A stretch of 64,000 nucleotides of DNA from Cenococcum geophilum. Taxonomy: Eukaryota. The stretch spans positions 5,146,001 through 5,210,000 of the forward strand of contig CP158636.1 of NCBI GenBank assembly GCA_050273025.1, given 5' to 3'. Made by a program: the position numbers and the translations under genes. Each line of letters begins with the position of its first letter. Positions within the stretch are counted from its first letter, which is position 1. This document shows positions 25,611 through 38,100 of the stretch, piece after piece. The notes under the pieces were generated by a model. That model was not told the DNA's origin. It did not search any database and saw nothing but the letters and a program-made list of their open reading frames with translations.

Positions 25611-26599
25611 TAGCGTAAGGTAAGACAATATATATTTAGAAAACGGCGCCTTATTATGCGACAGCCGTCTAAGATTGGATTGAGGTCTTTATTAATAGCG
25701 TATAAGATTTAATAAGGGGGCAGGTCTCTTAGCGCGCGCTTAGTAAAATCCTATAGTGATATCTTAAGGTAATAATTGCAGGGCCTAGTTAAGGGGAAGA
25801 AGTGTTTATATATAAGAATGCGTCTTCTGCTAAGGGGAGGGCTTAGTTAAGGATATCCTCTAGAAAGGAGGAGGCGAGAATATATATATTTACTAAAAGG
25901 GCTACCTATAGGATAAGTAACTATATAATTGCTATAAGGATAGAAAGTTACTTATATGTAACTTACCTTAAAGTTTTAGAGGTATTATTAGGCTAATAAG
26001 ATTTTAGAGAAGAGAGGCTATTTATATAAAGCTAAAAAAGTTAAGTTAATTAAAATAAAGAGGGCCTATATGCTATATAGCAAACTATAAAGTATATATA
26101 ATATTTAAAAGAATATATAAGTAGAAGTATATAGCGCGAGAAGGCGAAATAGGCCTTATTTAAAGTAATGCTAGCTATAAACATTAATGCCTAACTTATA
26201 TAATGGCTACCCCTTTAGCTTTTAGTGGGGCGGATATTACGTACCTAATAGCCAAGGGTTAAGCACCGGACCGTTAAATGCGGCTCGCCCTGGCCTATAG
26301 TATTAGTGTTAGTTAATATAAGTGGCTTTTGCTTACCGTCTACAAACGATAGCTTTTACTTAGCCTTTTGACCTTTTTATAGATGTTTATAGCTAACCCT
26401 TATTTAATAAGCGGACTAGTAGGCAACGAGTGCCTATATACGGCCAGTTTAGGACTATCCCGATTACAATTTGGGTATTAAATACACTAAAGGTCGGGTT
26501 TAAGATCGCCACCAGACTTAATCCCTAAAGGGAGTCCAGTTAAAGAGAATAGAAAACCTAAAAAATTAATTATAGCTTTAACCCCGAAGACAGATAACT

Positions 26600-27570
26600 C
26601 CCTTAGATAGCTATACTTTAGTTATCTCTTATATTAAATCTATCCTTACTAAACCCTCTGCGCCTAATCGCCTTAATACTTCTCCTTGTCTATAGTACTT
26701 TTAGGCTTATATAGAAACTCTTACACTAATTATAATATAGGCTATAATACACTCTCCTTACTTAGATTAGTGGGATATCTTAAAAAGCTAAGAGACTTAC
26801 TTACTAAAAGAAATAAGTATACGCTATCCACTAATAGGAGAATTATGCTTGCTACCGCAGCGATAATTTTAATAATTGTAGTACATAAGGCTCCCTATAA
26901 GTCTATCCTTTTAAGAAATTATATTACTTTAATACGGAAGGGCTCTTCTAGCTCTTATAGGTATAGTACCTTATAAATTAGAAAGATTAGAACTAAAATA
27001 AAAAGCGTATATATTAGGAAACTTCCTAGTACTTTTAAGACACATCCTAACTAGTGGTGTAATTTTAGCTGTAATAGCAAGGTACTGCTAGCTTAGGATA
27101 AAATAATAATTATACTAGCCGAGGCGGGTATAAGGTAAAAGATTGGCCGGCCGTCCTTTATAAGCCGTCTGTATAGCCGCTATAGGGCTAAAATCTAATT
27201 CTTCTTAGTGGTTTTCTTTAGTAGGGTGGCAGCACGAACCTAAAAACTTAGTATAGTTTATAGTAAAAATACTAATAACTAACCTATTGGCCGGAAGGGG
27301 ATCTGGGGCAGTTAAAGCTCCTAGTCCGCTAGGCAGAACTAAATAAGAATACTAATAGTAATTTAGAATAGAATAAAGCGGAGGAGTATTTAAATAATAA
27401 GGTACTTCTAATAGGGGGAATAGTAGTAGTGCTATCTAAGTAGAGAAATATTTATAGAATATAAGTGTAAAACATTATAATACTAATAAAGTAGTATATT
27501 AAGAAGTATAAGGCAATAAATAAGTTCTATATAGAAGTAGGTAGCGTAAACAGGTAACTAATTAGGCATC
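26600..27570 (-). pseudogene. RIPped hypothetical intron-containing gene remnant
   Basis: Protein-like segment ELEEPFRIKVI*FLKRIDL*GALCTT and GTAAGT/GTTAGT..CTAA..AG intron-like signals. Boundaries uncertain. Confidence 0.3.
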
Positions 27571-28429
27571 TTTAGAAAAGTAAAGGCGGAAGGTAAAAGC
27601 CTTAGCCTTATCTAGTGCACTATTTATTAAATATCTCTAATATTAGGTGCATTGGCAATAGGCTTAAATTAAAGGATCTCTCTTAGCTAGAAGGGGGTTA
27701 GGCTAGAATAGGCTATATCCCGCCCTATTTCTATTTATTCCAGTCCGGTCTAGTCCAGTCCCCTTATTCTACTTTTAAATATCGGTTAAAGCAAGTTTGT
27801 AATAAGATTTTTGCCTTCTATCCCCATATAAAGACACGCTTTTTAGATAAATACTATAAACATAATAGCCCGCGCACTATCTCCTTATATCTATTAAGAT
27901 ATAGTTAACTAAAAATAAGTTATACTAGCTCCTATATATAACTAGGACCAGAACTAAGCCCTAGTATACAGCCCTATACTTTAAGCCTATTACTTAGCTT
28001 AGAGTTAGGAGGATATTAGTATAATCTAGTACTCTAGTACTTGCCAGCTTAGCTATCCGAACGCCTCTATACCTATAATATCCCGCTAATAAATTTTTTT
28101 ATAGGTAATTAGCGTTCTATTCTCGTTTTCTAGGTTATTTAAAGCCTCTAATTTTAGACTTACGCATACTTTTATACAAATCTCTTCGCTCTTTAATATT
28201 TTTAGTCTTTTAGTTTATCTAAGTTAAGGTTAAGGATACGGTATACGGTTAATTAAAGATAGTTATACGCTTAGCTCTAGGAACACTCCCCTAGCATTTC
28301 TAATATCTACGAAATTGTATTCCTAGTAATGTATTCTATATATAATATATAAAACGATTACTAGCCTTTATATATAAGTTTTTATAGCTTTATATATTAC
28401 AGCTAATCTAGCTTCTAACGCTAAAATAG

Positions 28430-28740
28430 AGTAAAATTAGTAATAACTAGAAGAAGGAATTCAAGAGACAACGTAACATTATTTACTCTTATTTTAAAGA
28501 CAATAGGTTAATAACGGATAATAAAGAAGATAAGGCTTTCCAAAACCTTATTAATTACTATAACGCTTATAACAATTTAGAGAAAGTTTAATATTTAAAG
28601 GAGATGCTGCTTAACCTCGTTTAAGGTAAGACCTAATAAGAGATATTTACCAAGAAAATATTATAGGATAGATGGAGACATTAAGATATAGAATTTGGAT
28701 ATACTGTAGGCCTTAAACAGCTCCTGGATGTGACTTAGTA
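28430..28740 (+). pseudogene. RIPped hypothetical gene remnant
   Basis: Frame KKEFKRQRNIIYSYFKDNRL...DKAFQNLINYY...DRWRH*DIEFGYTVGLKQLLDVT. Confidence 0.3.
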
Positions 28741-29570
28741 ATAACACAACAGTAGTTAATAAATTATCTCCCCCGTTATAGCTAAATGTGCAATATAACT
28801 TTTATTTAATTTATTTAAAGGGGTATTATTACCAGGTATGCTGTAATAATGGTAGAGATTTATAACTAATAGAGTAATTATATCCCGCTAGCTTTAAGAG
28901 CACTCCCCTAGCACTCTAAGCGTCTATAAAATTTAGTCACTAGCAGGACTGGCGTCTAGCTAAGCCTTGCGGAATTGGTTAATACAGGGTGGCTTTTAGT
29001 TTTGCCTTTTAGAGATTCCCGTAATCCTAGTACCTGTATAGCGGAAAAGGCTTGCCTAAAACTGTAATATTTTACATACAGCATCCTGTTACCTCTGGTG
29101 GTTAGCGCAGCTATATCTACACAACCGTTTTATAAGGGAAGTTTTGGTATTTTTGCTATTTAAGGGAAAGATAATAAAATACGCTAACCACCTAGAATAA
29201 ATCGTTTCCTAGGTATATCTCTAAGGATTGGATTCTCGTGGCTCGTTCTTATTTATAAGGCAAATTAACTAAAAACTAAGTTTATGCTGCTAGTTTATGC
29301 TCCTTTACGTCGTATACATGAGTTAATCAATTATTAACGCCCGACTTCTTATTATTCGGACTGCCGCTTAGTTTCAGCTGTGTCACGTGATTTGAATTGG
29401 CTGACCAAGTTGTGAACGTAGTTTTAGCCTTGCATTCTTTATCGTTTGTGGCGCTGTAAGTAGTAATAAATAGCTCTTTCTTACTGCCCTCGAAAAAGTA
29501 ATGCTCTTACGGACCTTTTTATGCAACCCTTATATAACAGGAAATGTGCTATAAATAGATTGAGCTAGAA

Positions 29571-30819
29571 ATGGAATATATAACAAGATATAGACCTCTA
29601 AGCCAAAAAAAGGGCAGCAATATTATCGCCGTCTCTTCCACCTAGCAGGCCGGCCCCTTTTCTTCTGCATAGCAGGCCGGGCCTTTAATTTTGAATAGTA
29701 ATGCGCCCGTAGTAATCTAAGACTTCTTTTTAGAAAGCGGTCTTTAATCTACTCCTATAAAAGATCCTGTTCCTTCTTTAACTTAATAAGCAGCGCGTCT
29801 CTTTTGTGAATTTTATTCTAGTTAAATTATCTATACTGATAATATAATTACGCCAAGATGACCATTGACCGCGAAGGCTATGCCAAGCTGGATTTTTTAA
29901 CCTACAGTTCCTATAATACCTTCTCGCACTACCCTTTAAAGTATACGACGCCGCAGTGTTATAGAACTTGTAGACGATGAATATTTTACAAAAACCCCGC
30001 AGAAGCTGCCGAAGATCCGAGTCTCCTATAAGCCCTACAAGCGACATTAGAGAAAGGGAGGAAATTCTAAAAAACATAGTGGAGTTTGCTGCTGAAAAAG
30101 AGCGGCGTTTGCGGATAATGCCTAAAGAAAAGATTGCGGAGAATGGGTTACGCTTATGACGTTAACTTAAGAGTAAACCCGTATTAACGGTCCTGTTATA
30201 GCCAACTCTACCTAGATATATGGTATGAGTATAATATTAAGTAGATTGCTGTTCCTTTATAGAGAAAGTAGGAAGCAGGAAGGTTAAGATTAAGGATAAA
30301 TATTAGATTGTGCTCGATATATAGCCATAGGAGTATTTCCACGTATCCTATCTTAAAAAAATGCTTAACTTGCCTTTGCTTGCCCCTATACGCTTTAGAC
30401 TTAATATAGATTATTACTAGTGGAATTAATATTAGCCTTAGATATAGGGTTTAATATTACGGAAATAGTTTAAATATAGTGGCTGTATTAACCTATATAA
30501 GATTATGGGGTATATTAAGGCCTATAAAAGGTATAAAAAGGAAGATAATGATTATAATATAGCTTAGATTAAAAGGGAACTGGTGTACTAGCGCGAATAT
30601 AATAACGAAAAGGGAGGGTGTAAATGCCCTCCGCTGCTAAAAGCACTAGTAGAACTATTTTTAAAGGAGTACTAAACGAATAAAGGTGACGTATGTCCCC
30701 TCTTTAAGGTACTACGATATCGGTATATAGAAAGGCTAGCGTTAGCAATTTAGGTTAATAGTCTTTTAAGCCTAGGCTTTTCTTTAGTATTTTTAGAGCG
30801 GGAGGGGAACTTTTATTAA
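29571..30819 (+). pseudogene. RIPped hypothetical protein with Cys/His cluster (PARP-type zinc-finger-like spacing)
   Basis: EREEILKNIVEFAAEKERRLR...V*Y*VDCCSF...EYFHVSYLKKMLNLPLLAPIRF...GLILRK*FKYSGCI...GGCKCPP, continuous frame with RIP-type stops. The domain call is tentative. Confidence 0.55.
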
Positions 30820-31218
30820 GCAGAGCTGGTGTCTAATTAGTATTAAGGCTGTTATTTCCAATCTAAATGCTTTTAATTATTTTAACTCCCTATACTCTAT
30901 TCTAACTAGCCATATATAAAAAGAATAGGATAAGTATATTAAGAAGATTGTAGGCTAGGTCTCTAAATTTTCTATAATATTACAAAACTTTGCCGCTCTA
31001 GACGAAATTAGATAATAAAGAGAAGGAGAGATTCCAGAGACTAACTCCTTTAGGGAGATTAGAATTATTTCTTAATATTAGTATAGTGTATATAATTCTA
31101 TAGATAAAATAGTAAGGGAATCCAGTAGTAAATAGGATAAAGTGTTATAGTTATAATAAACCTTACTCTATAAGAACGGTTTAGGAGATCCTAAGGATAT
31201 CGCAGCGGCCTTAATAAA

Positions 31219-33363
31219 TTACTTCCCTTGTAATATATACTAGTGCGCCTATATTATACCTAGCGTCCAATCTAAAAAGCGACTAAATATATTGTCCTAC
31301 TTTATACCTATCTTATTCTTATATGTAAGTAAGCGCCAATTATCTAACTCTAGCCATGGCCGATATATTCGGACTTATACGCGCCTATACTCTCTATAGA
31401 GCCGCCTGTCGTTAGCGGCGGCGCTAGTATTAGAATTACTACTACCTAAGCTTTTACTGCCTAAGCTTTAGCTACCATTCCCAAAATCGTCGTCTCTGTT
31501 ATTATTGTTCTCGTCGTTATCTAAACTAATAGCATTATTATTAGTACCTTTACCGTGCGGATTACGCGTACTAGTTTTGCTAGCGGTATAGTTACTACTT
31601 TACTATATTAAGCTCGGACTAGCGTATACCTTTAGCGTATTATTATACTAATAGCCTACTAATAGCCATAAATTTAACGTTAACCTCGTTATACGGATAA
31701 GTTGCCCTACGTTACCAAGTAAGTCGCGTATAATTATTAACGGTTTTAAAGACAACTTTAACGTTATCTTATTTTAATAGACAATCGCCGTTACTAATAT
31801 TATACATTCTAGCACCTAGTAAAGGGTAATATTGGTTAGCCGATAGTCTACATAGTTACTCTATCTATAGTTAATAGTGCGGTTATATACTACCTTTACT
31901 CCTAGAGAGGATGTTTAAAGGGAGGTAGACTAAGTTATAATGTCTGCTTTAGATCTAGAGTGGCGGTATGCTGGTAATAACTTTAGATATCGCAATATTC
32001 TTATAGGCCTTATACTCCCGTTAAGCCGTTTAAAACTTGTTCCTATTAAACCGCGCTACTTATCCTAGAATGGGCGATTACTACGTTTATATTGCTATAA
32101 AGTTACTGCACTAGCCCTATGGGACACCTCCTAGTTGCTATTAGGGTCGTCTTTACCACTCTCCCCAACCTTACTATTGCTGCTATTGCTTTTATCTTTA
32201 CCTATATATATATCCTTACTAATGTATTAATCGCCCTCTATTTATCTATATAGAGAGACTAATTATCTTAAGGGTTCTAGCGGCCCCGTATTTAGCCTAT
32301 GCCCTTAGTATTTACTATCCCCGCTATTTACTAAATTAAGGATATTGCTTTAAGGTAAGTCTGGGATATTAGCGTTATTGTCTTTATTACTACCGTCTAG
32401 GTTACTAGCATTTAAATTATTACTAGTTTTAAGAGGCGAAATCAGGCTGCTGCGGCCTAGTGGCGGCGTTAACTTTAGTATATACATAGGACTAGATATA
32501 AGGCTCTCTGCCTATAGCTAGGCTAACCTCCGCCGCTTTACTAAATAAGAGTCTTTTAGAGCTAGTTCTGAGGTTAAGTCCAGCGCTTTTATAGAGGAGA
32601 TAGCCGTATTAACGGATAAAGTGCGCTTTTGCTTATGTATTATAGACGGTTAACTTATTATACCCAGATCCTTATAAAGAAGTTCGTCCCGCTTTAGTAG
32701 ACTATCTTTAAACACGTTAAAATAGGGACTCTATAAGTCTATAGGAAGATTACTTACTATTATATACGCCTCCGGTATTTTCTATAGAGGGGGCGCGTAT
32801 GCTAGCTGCGTCTAAACTATTATCCTAATATTCTAGCGACCCGCTACTAGATTGGATATCCCCTATACTATAGCTTGCTCTAGCTACGTCGTCTTCTAGA
32901 ACTAAAGGAAATTCTATTATTAATTAGTAAATAAGAGCCGTAACGCCATTAATATACCTACCTAAACTGCTTCCGTTAAACAACCTATCTATAGCTAAGT
33001 TTATCTCCTTAACGCCTATAGCCTAGTTAGCCCCTTCCTAGCTGGGTTGGTAACTTTATAATATCTATAAAGGAACGGGGCTAAGACTACCTTCGCTGTC
33101 TACACGCATATATTAGCCAATATCTATTATCTTATACCGTTTAAGACGCAGATAATACCTTAATATAGTAAACCTAAAGGATTAATAGCTCTTACCGGAG
33201 CTAGTAGTCCTAGATCTAGAGAACACGACGCTTTAGAGTCTGGTAAATTAGTTAAGAAGTTATTAATATCGGCCTACTCTCTATTATATTTGGGGGAGCC
33301 AGCTTTACTAAGGTTAGACTCCGTTATTTTAGGCTTCGCCTTAGGCTTAGCCTTAAATTTCAT
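31219..33363 (-). pseudogene. RIPped gene with C-terminal Myb/SANT-like DNA-binding domain
   Basis: C-terminus RPWLELDNWRLLTYKNKIGIK*DNIFSRFLDWTLGII*AH*YILQGK (Myb W..W..W spacing, two Trp now TAG). It is preceded by DYRLTNITL...VTAIV...GQLIRITRL...WLLVGY and a low-complexity N-terminus with an intron. Confidence 0.75.
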
Positions 33364-35171
33364 CTTAGGCTTAAGTATTAGAGGAATATAAGGAACATAT
33401 TTTATAGGAGGAAGTAAAGGGGTAAGTAAAAGAGTGCTAAAAGAGGAGGCTATTTTAGTACTAAGATCTACTGGCTTCTTTAGTTGTGAGAATAGAAGCT
33501 AGTCCAGAAGTTAAAATAGATGGCTACCTCTCTAAGCTAAGGAGTGTTATTTTATATACCGCTGCCAATAACGCCGCCTAAGGTAGGATCGTAAGGAACC
33601 CGTATAAATGCCGCATTCTAGCGCAGAAGCTTAGTTGTAGGGGGCAGTGCAAGGGAGCTGCCTGTATTAGGAGGAGTAAGGACCGGCTTAAAGTCCCGTT
33701 GCCCTTAGCGTCTCTAAGATAATCGCATATTATACTTATAGGCGCTGTAGAGGCTCTATCGTAACAAGAGTATATACGGCTCCCTGGGCGATTAGCTAGC
33801 AAGTATTATAAGAATCCCTCTAGACCGTTCTCCGCATCTTAGTATGCCTATCTATATTATAACCTACCGTCCGTATCTTTTAGCTAATTAAGGATCCGTA
33901 TTGCTTTAAACGAAACCGCCAATTGCTAGCTAATCCTTTAATTATCGGCCAACCCCTTATATAGGACGAGGCTATATTAGATAACGTATTAATAACCAAT
34001 TCTTGCCAGGTATTGCCCCACGCTAGTTAGATAGTTAGCTTAGAGGACTCCATTTACGTCTTATAGTACGCCCAACGCTATTACTAAGCTGTTATTAGCT
34101 AACTTCTAGGCACTAGCTCCCTGCTGGTTGTATTACGATATTATAACTATACTAGATACTTTATACGAGGTATAGCATCTTATAGGGGCCATAATAGCAA
34201 TATAAAGGTTATAAGAACGAAATTAATGCCTTATACTAGTAACTTACCGCATTATTACTAAGGGATCTAGCCCTAATGGGATACGGATAACGGAGCACGG
34301 ATTAGCTAGCGTATTCCACTAAATAGCTAAATTTAGAGAGTGCGATGTAAGGTAATTAGAGCTAAGATAATAGCATAAGCGCTATATATTCTTTAGCTAA
34401 AATATACATTAGGTAGTGCGTAGTAAATACTATTAGTAACCCTAGGGTAGAGAATAAGTTCCTAAATATATAGGCTAGCGTTAACTATATAACCGGTAGA
34501 AGGTATCGCCACTTTAACTATAGCCGTAACTCGCCTAAGAGGAAAGAGTAAAAGTTAATAAGAGAAGGATAGGGAGAGTGTATAAGAAAGAAGGAGAGGT
34601 GTCTATAAACTGCTTGTAGGGACGAGTCTAGAAGCGGCTTCTTTAGTAGTGGCTTAGGGTGCCTAGAAGTAGACGGTATAGTTTATATAAAAATAAGACA
34701 ATAGGGAGGAATAGATTAACGGAAGTAGAGTTAGGGACAATGTATGTACTGCGGCGGAGTTTAAAAGAAAGAAAAAGCCTTATAATAGATAATTGGGGCG
34801 CAATAGAGGGGGCGGCTAAGACGGACAGAAGAAGAGCGAGGGGGGAAGGGTAAGAGAGTAAAGAGAAAAAGTTAAGGAGGATAGAGGATAAAAGACGGCG
34901 AAGGAAGGGCCTTTTATAGTTAGTTGTTAAGGAAGATTGCCAGTTGGGGTATAGCGCGAAAGTCGTAAGCAAGGCGCGGATTATCTAAACGGGGAGCCTC
35001 TATTTCCTAATGCAGGCTTATTATCTAATTGTTTACTAAGTAAAAGAATAATAGTTACTAGCTAGTTATAATAATTAGATATAAAGGATTTAATAACAGG
35101 CATTAAAAATAATAAAGGCTATTAAATTAAAAATAGAAATGCTATACCTCTAATAGATAACTTAGAGATAG

Positions 35172-38100
35172 TGTTAGCGACTTAGTCAATCAAGATATAA
35201 GCACGGCAAAAGGGTCGCGCAAGCCTATACAATTGGATTGTCTATAAACGAGAATCTAAAGCTAGAGAAAAGGAAAGGAAAGAATAAGCAGCAACGCGAG
35301 GAGTTATATACAATCCCTAGTCACGTAAGAGTCACGTAAGCCCTGCGTCTACCATAACGTCTACCATAGCTGCCGCTTTCTGCCAGTGCTGTAACATTAC
35401 CCCCCCCCTCCGTAAAAGCCTGCCCTTAGGCTTTATATGTCCGTATTATGCCCATAGGGTGTTTTTATCTTTATACTCTTTTAGTAGCTTATTATCTTTA
35501 TTATGCTAGCATTCCATCCATTTGTTTAGGTACTTTAGCGGTCCCGGTTCGTTAGGGTAACGGCTATAGAATTCTTAAAGCTTATGGGGACTGCTAATAA
35601 AGTTCTATATAGGGTACTAGGTAGGATCTGGGTTATAGCCTTTCCAACTAATGCGGTACTTTAGCGTTTTCCTTACTAGCTTACAGGCTAGTATCTCTTT
35701 AATTTCCTATTCGTCGTCGCCATTAACTTAAATTGGTAGGGGGGGTTTGTTCTTTTATTTAGGTAATAGGTCGTTCGCTGCCTTCCGTAGCTTATCCGGC
35801 GAGAAAATAGGGTAAACCTTAATTAAATCTGGGAGCTTTACTTTGTACGAGTTACCTATTTTCTTAAGGACCTTATACGGTCCTGCCATCTAATAATCGA
35901 GCTTATAACTTGGCCGTTCCGTCTTCTAGTTCTTTATTATAACCTAGACTATATTACCTACGGTAAAGTCAGGCTCACGCCTATACTTATTTGCCTGCTA
36001 TTTTATTAATTTTTAGGCCTTTTTTAGATTTATACGGGCTACCGTCTAGGCTTCCTCTAAGCGCTTAGCGTACTGCTAGGCTTCCTTATAAGACAGTTTC
36101 TTGTGTACGGTCCGTGGTCCTTCTAGTCTATCCCAGTTAAAGCTTATTTATAATAGATACCCTATTTCTAGTTAAATAGGTGCGAATCCCGTAAAGTTAT
36201 AGGGTAGGGTTGCCTGGGCGTAGTCCATTAAAGGTAGTAGTTCGCCCTAATTATCTTAGAAGTAGTTAATAAAGGGCCGGAGTCTCTGGTCTAAGTATTA
36301 ATTTACAATCTCCGTCTAACCGTCTATCTAGGGGTAGTATACTATAAAAAGCTTTAGCCTAATTCCTAGGATCCGAGTAAACTTATTCCAAAAAGCTAAT
36401 ATAAACTGCGGTCTGCGGTCCAATATAATAGTGTTTAGTAGTCTGTAAATTCGGTAGATATAATAGATATATAGTTAGGCCGCCTCTTTAGTATTGATAT
36501 TCTTGTGATAGGGGATTAAGAAAGGGCGTTTACTAAAACAGTTAACTAAGATTATAACTATATTGTACCCGTCACGGTTTACTAGTAGTTTATAGAAATC
36601 TATAGAGATATACTGCTAGGGGCGCTCTAGTATTAAAAGTGGCTTTAATAGTCCTAGGGTCTTATCTCGTGGAATTGTAGACCTACGGCAGTTGTTGCAG
36701 TTCCGTATATAACGGTTAATATCTATAACCATTCCGGGCCAGTAATAACGGTCACCAATAATCTTACGGGTCTTATTTTTTCTGGGGTGGGCCGTAGAGA
36801 CCTAGGTATATGCTTTAGTAATAAGCTAGGTTTGTAAGTTCTATTTTTCTACTACTACTAGCCGTTCCTAATGCTTAAGCAGTCCATTTTTAAGGGACTA
36901 TAGGCTGGTAACATCCTTTGCCTTTTCGCGGTACTCCTATAGAGAAGGGTCCGTACGGTTTGCTTACAGTAGTTTATTAATAAGGTTAAATTCTATAGGG
37001 TTAATGGGACATATCTTAGCGCTCGAAGATTTAGTACTTAGTTCTTCCCGTATCCGAGGGTTAAGGTGCTCTAGTTATAGTAGCGTCTAAGTCCGTAATA
37101 AGATCTTTGCGGCCATCTGGTCATTTAGGTCCTATTTACGTCTTATAAGAGTATCCGCACGGTTAGTGGCGCCTAGCCTATATATAATTAGGAAGTTAAA
37201 TTAAGATAGGATATCCGCCTAGCGCGCCTGCCGGGCTATAAGGGCTTTTGTTATTATAAAATATTCTAAGGCCTTATGATCTAAAACCACTTAAATAGGT
37301 TTAGGGGTCCCTTCTAGCTGTGCTCGCCAGTGCTAAAAGCTATAGATAATAGCCAATATTTCTTTATCATAAATTGGGTAGTTTAGCTCAGCATCTACTA
37401 TAGTCTTTAAATAGTAAGCAATAGGGTACTATTCTCTGTTTATCTGCTTTTAGGAGTAAACGCCAGCTATAACACTATCTAAGGTATTGGTTTCTAGCAT
37501 TAAGGGCCGTTTTGGGTTAAAGTGGGCGAGTAAGGGAGCAGAGATTAGTCGTTTCTTAAGCTCGTTAAAGGCCTGCCTATATACGGTGTTAAAGTAAAAG
37601 GGCCGGTCCTTATAGGTAAGTAGGCTTAGTGGCCGAGTAATTCTACTGTAGTTCTTAATAAAGCGTCGGTAGAAGTTACAGAACCCTAAAAATAACTGCA
37701 CCCCCTTTACGGTCCTTGGGGGTACCTATTAGTTAATTATAGCCGTCTTTTCTAGGTCTACCTTAATCCCGTTTATACTAATAATAAACCCTAGATACTT
37801 TATACGCTTAACACTAAATTCTAACTTCTTAATATTGGCTTAAAGGCCAGCTTCCCGAAGCCGTTATAGGACTTTACAGATATGCTCTTTATATTCCAGT
37901 TTATTTTTAGAGTAGATTATAATATTATCCAGGTATGCTATATAGAAGTTATTGAGGTAGTTAAATAGTACGTTATTTATGTATCGTTAGTATATGGCCG
38001 GTCCGTTAGTCAGCCCAAAAGGCAGTACTTTACATTTGTACGTTCTGTAACGGGTCTAAAATATAGTAAGGTCTTTTAATTTAGGGTCCATCTTAATCTG

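Noticed and set aside
34423..34435. GTAAATACTATTA as a RIPped copy of the 42189-42201 terminus
   Set aside because: Same orientation rather than inverted, only 13 bp and low complexity; likely chance.
25251..34972. Short ORF-track calls in the AT block (25251+, 26686+, 29778-, 33578-, 34643-, 34659+)
   Set aside because: I/L/K/Y-rich shadows of RIPped DNA, mostly antisense to the real pseudogene frames.
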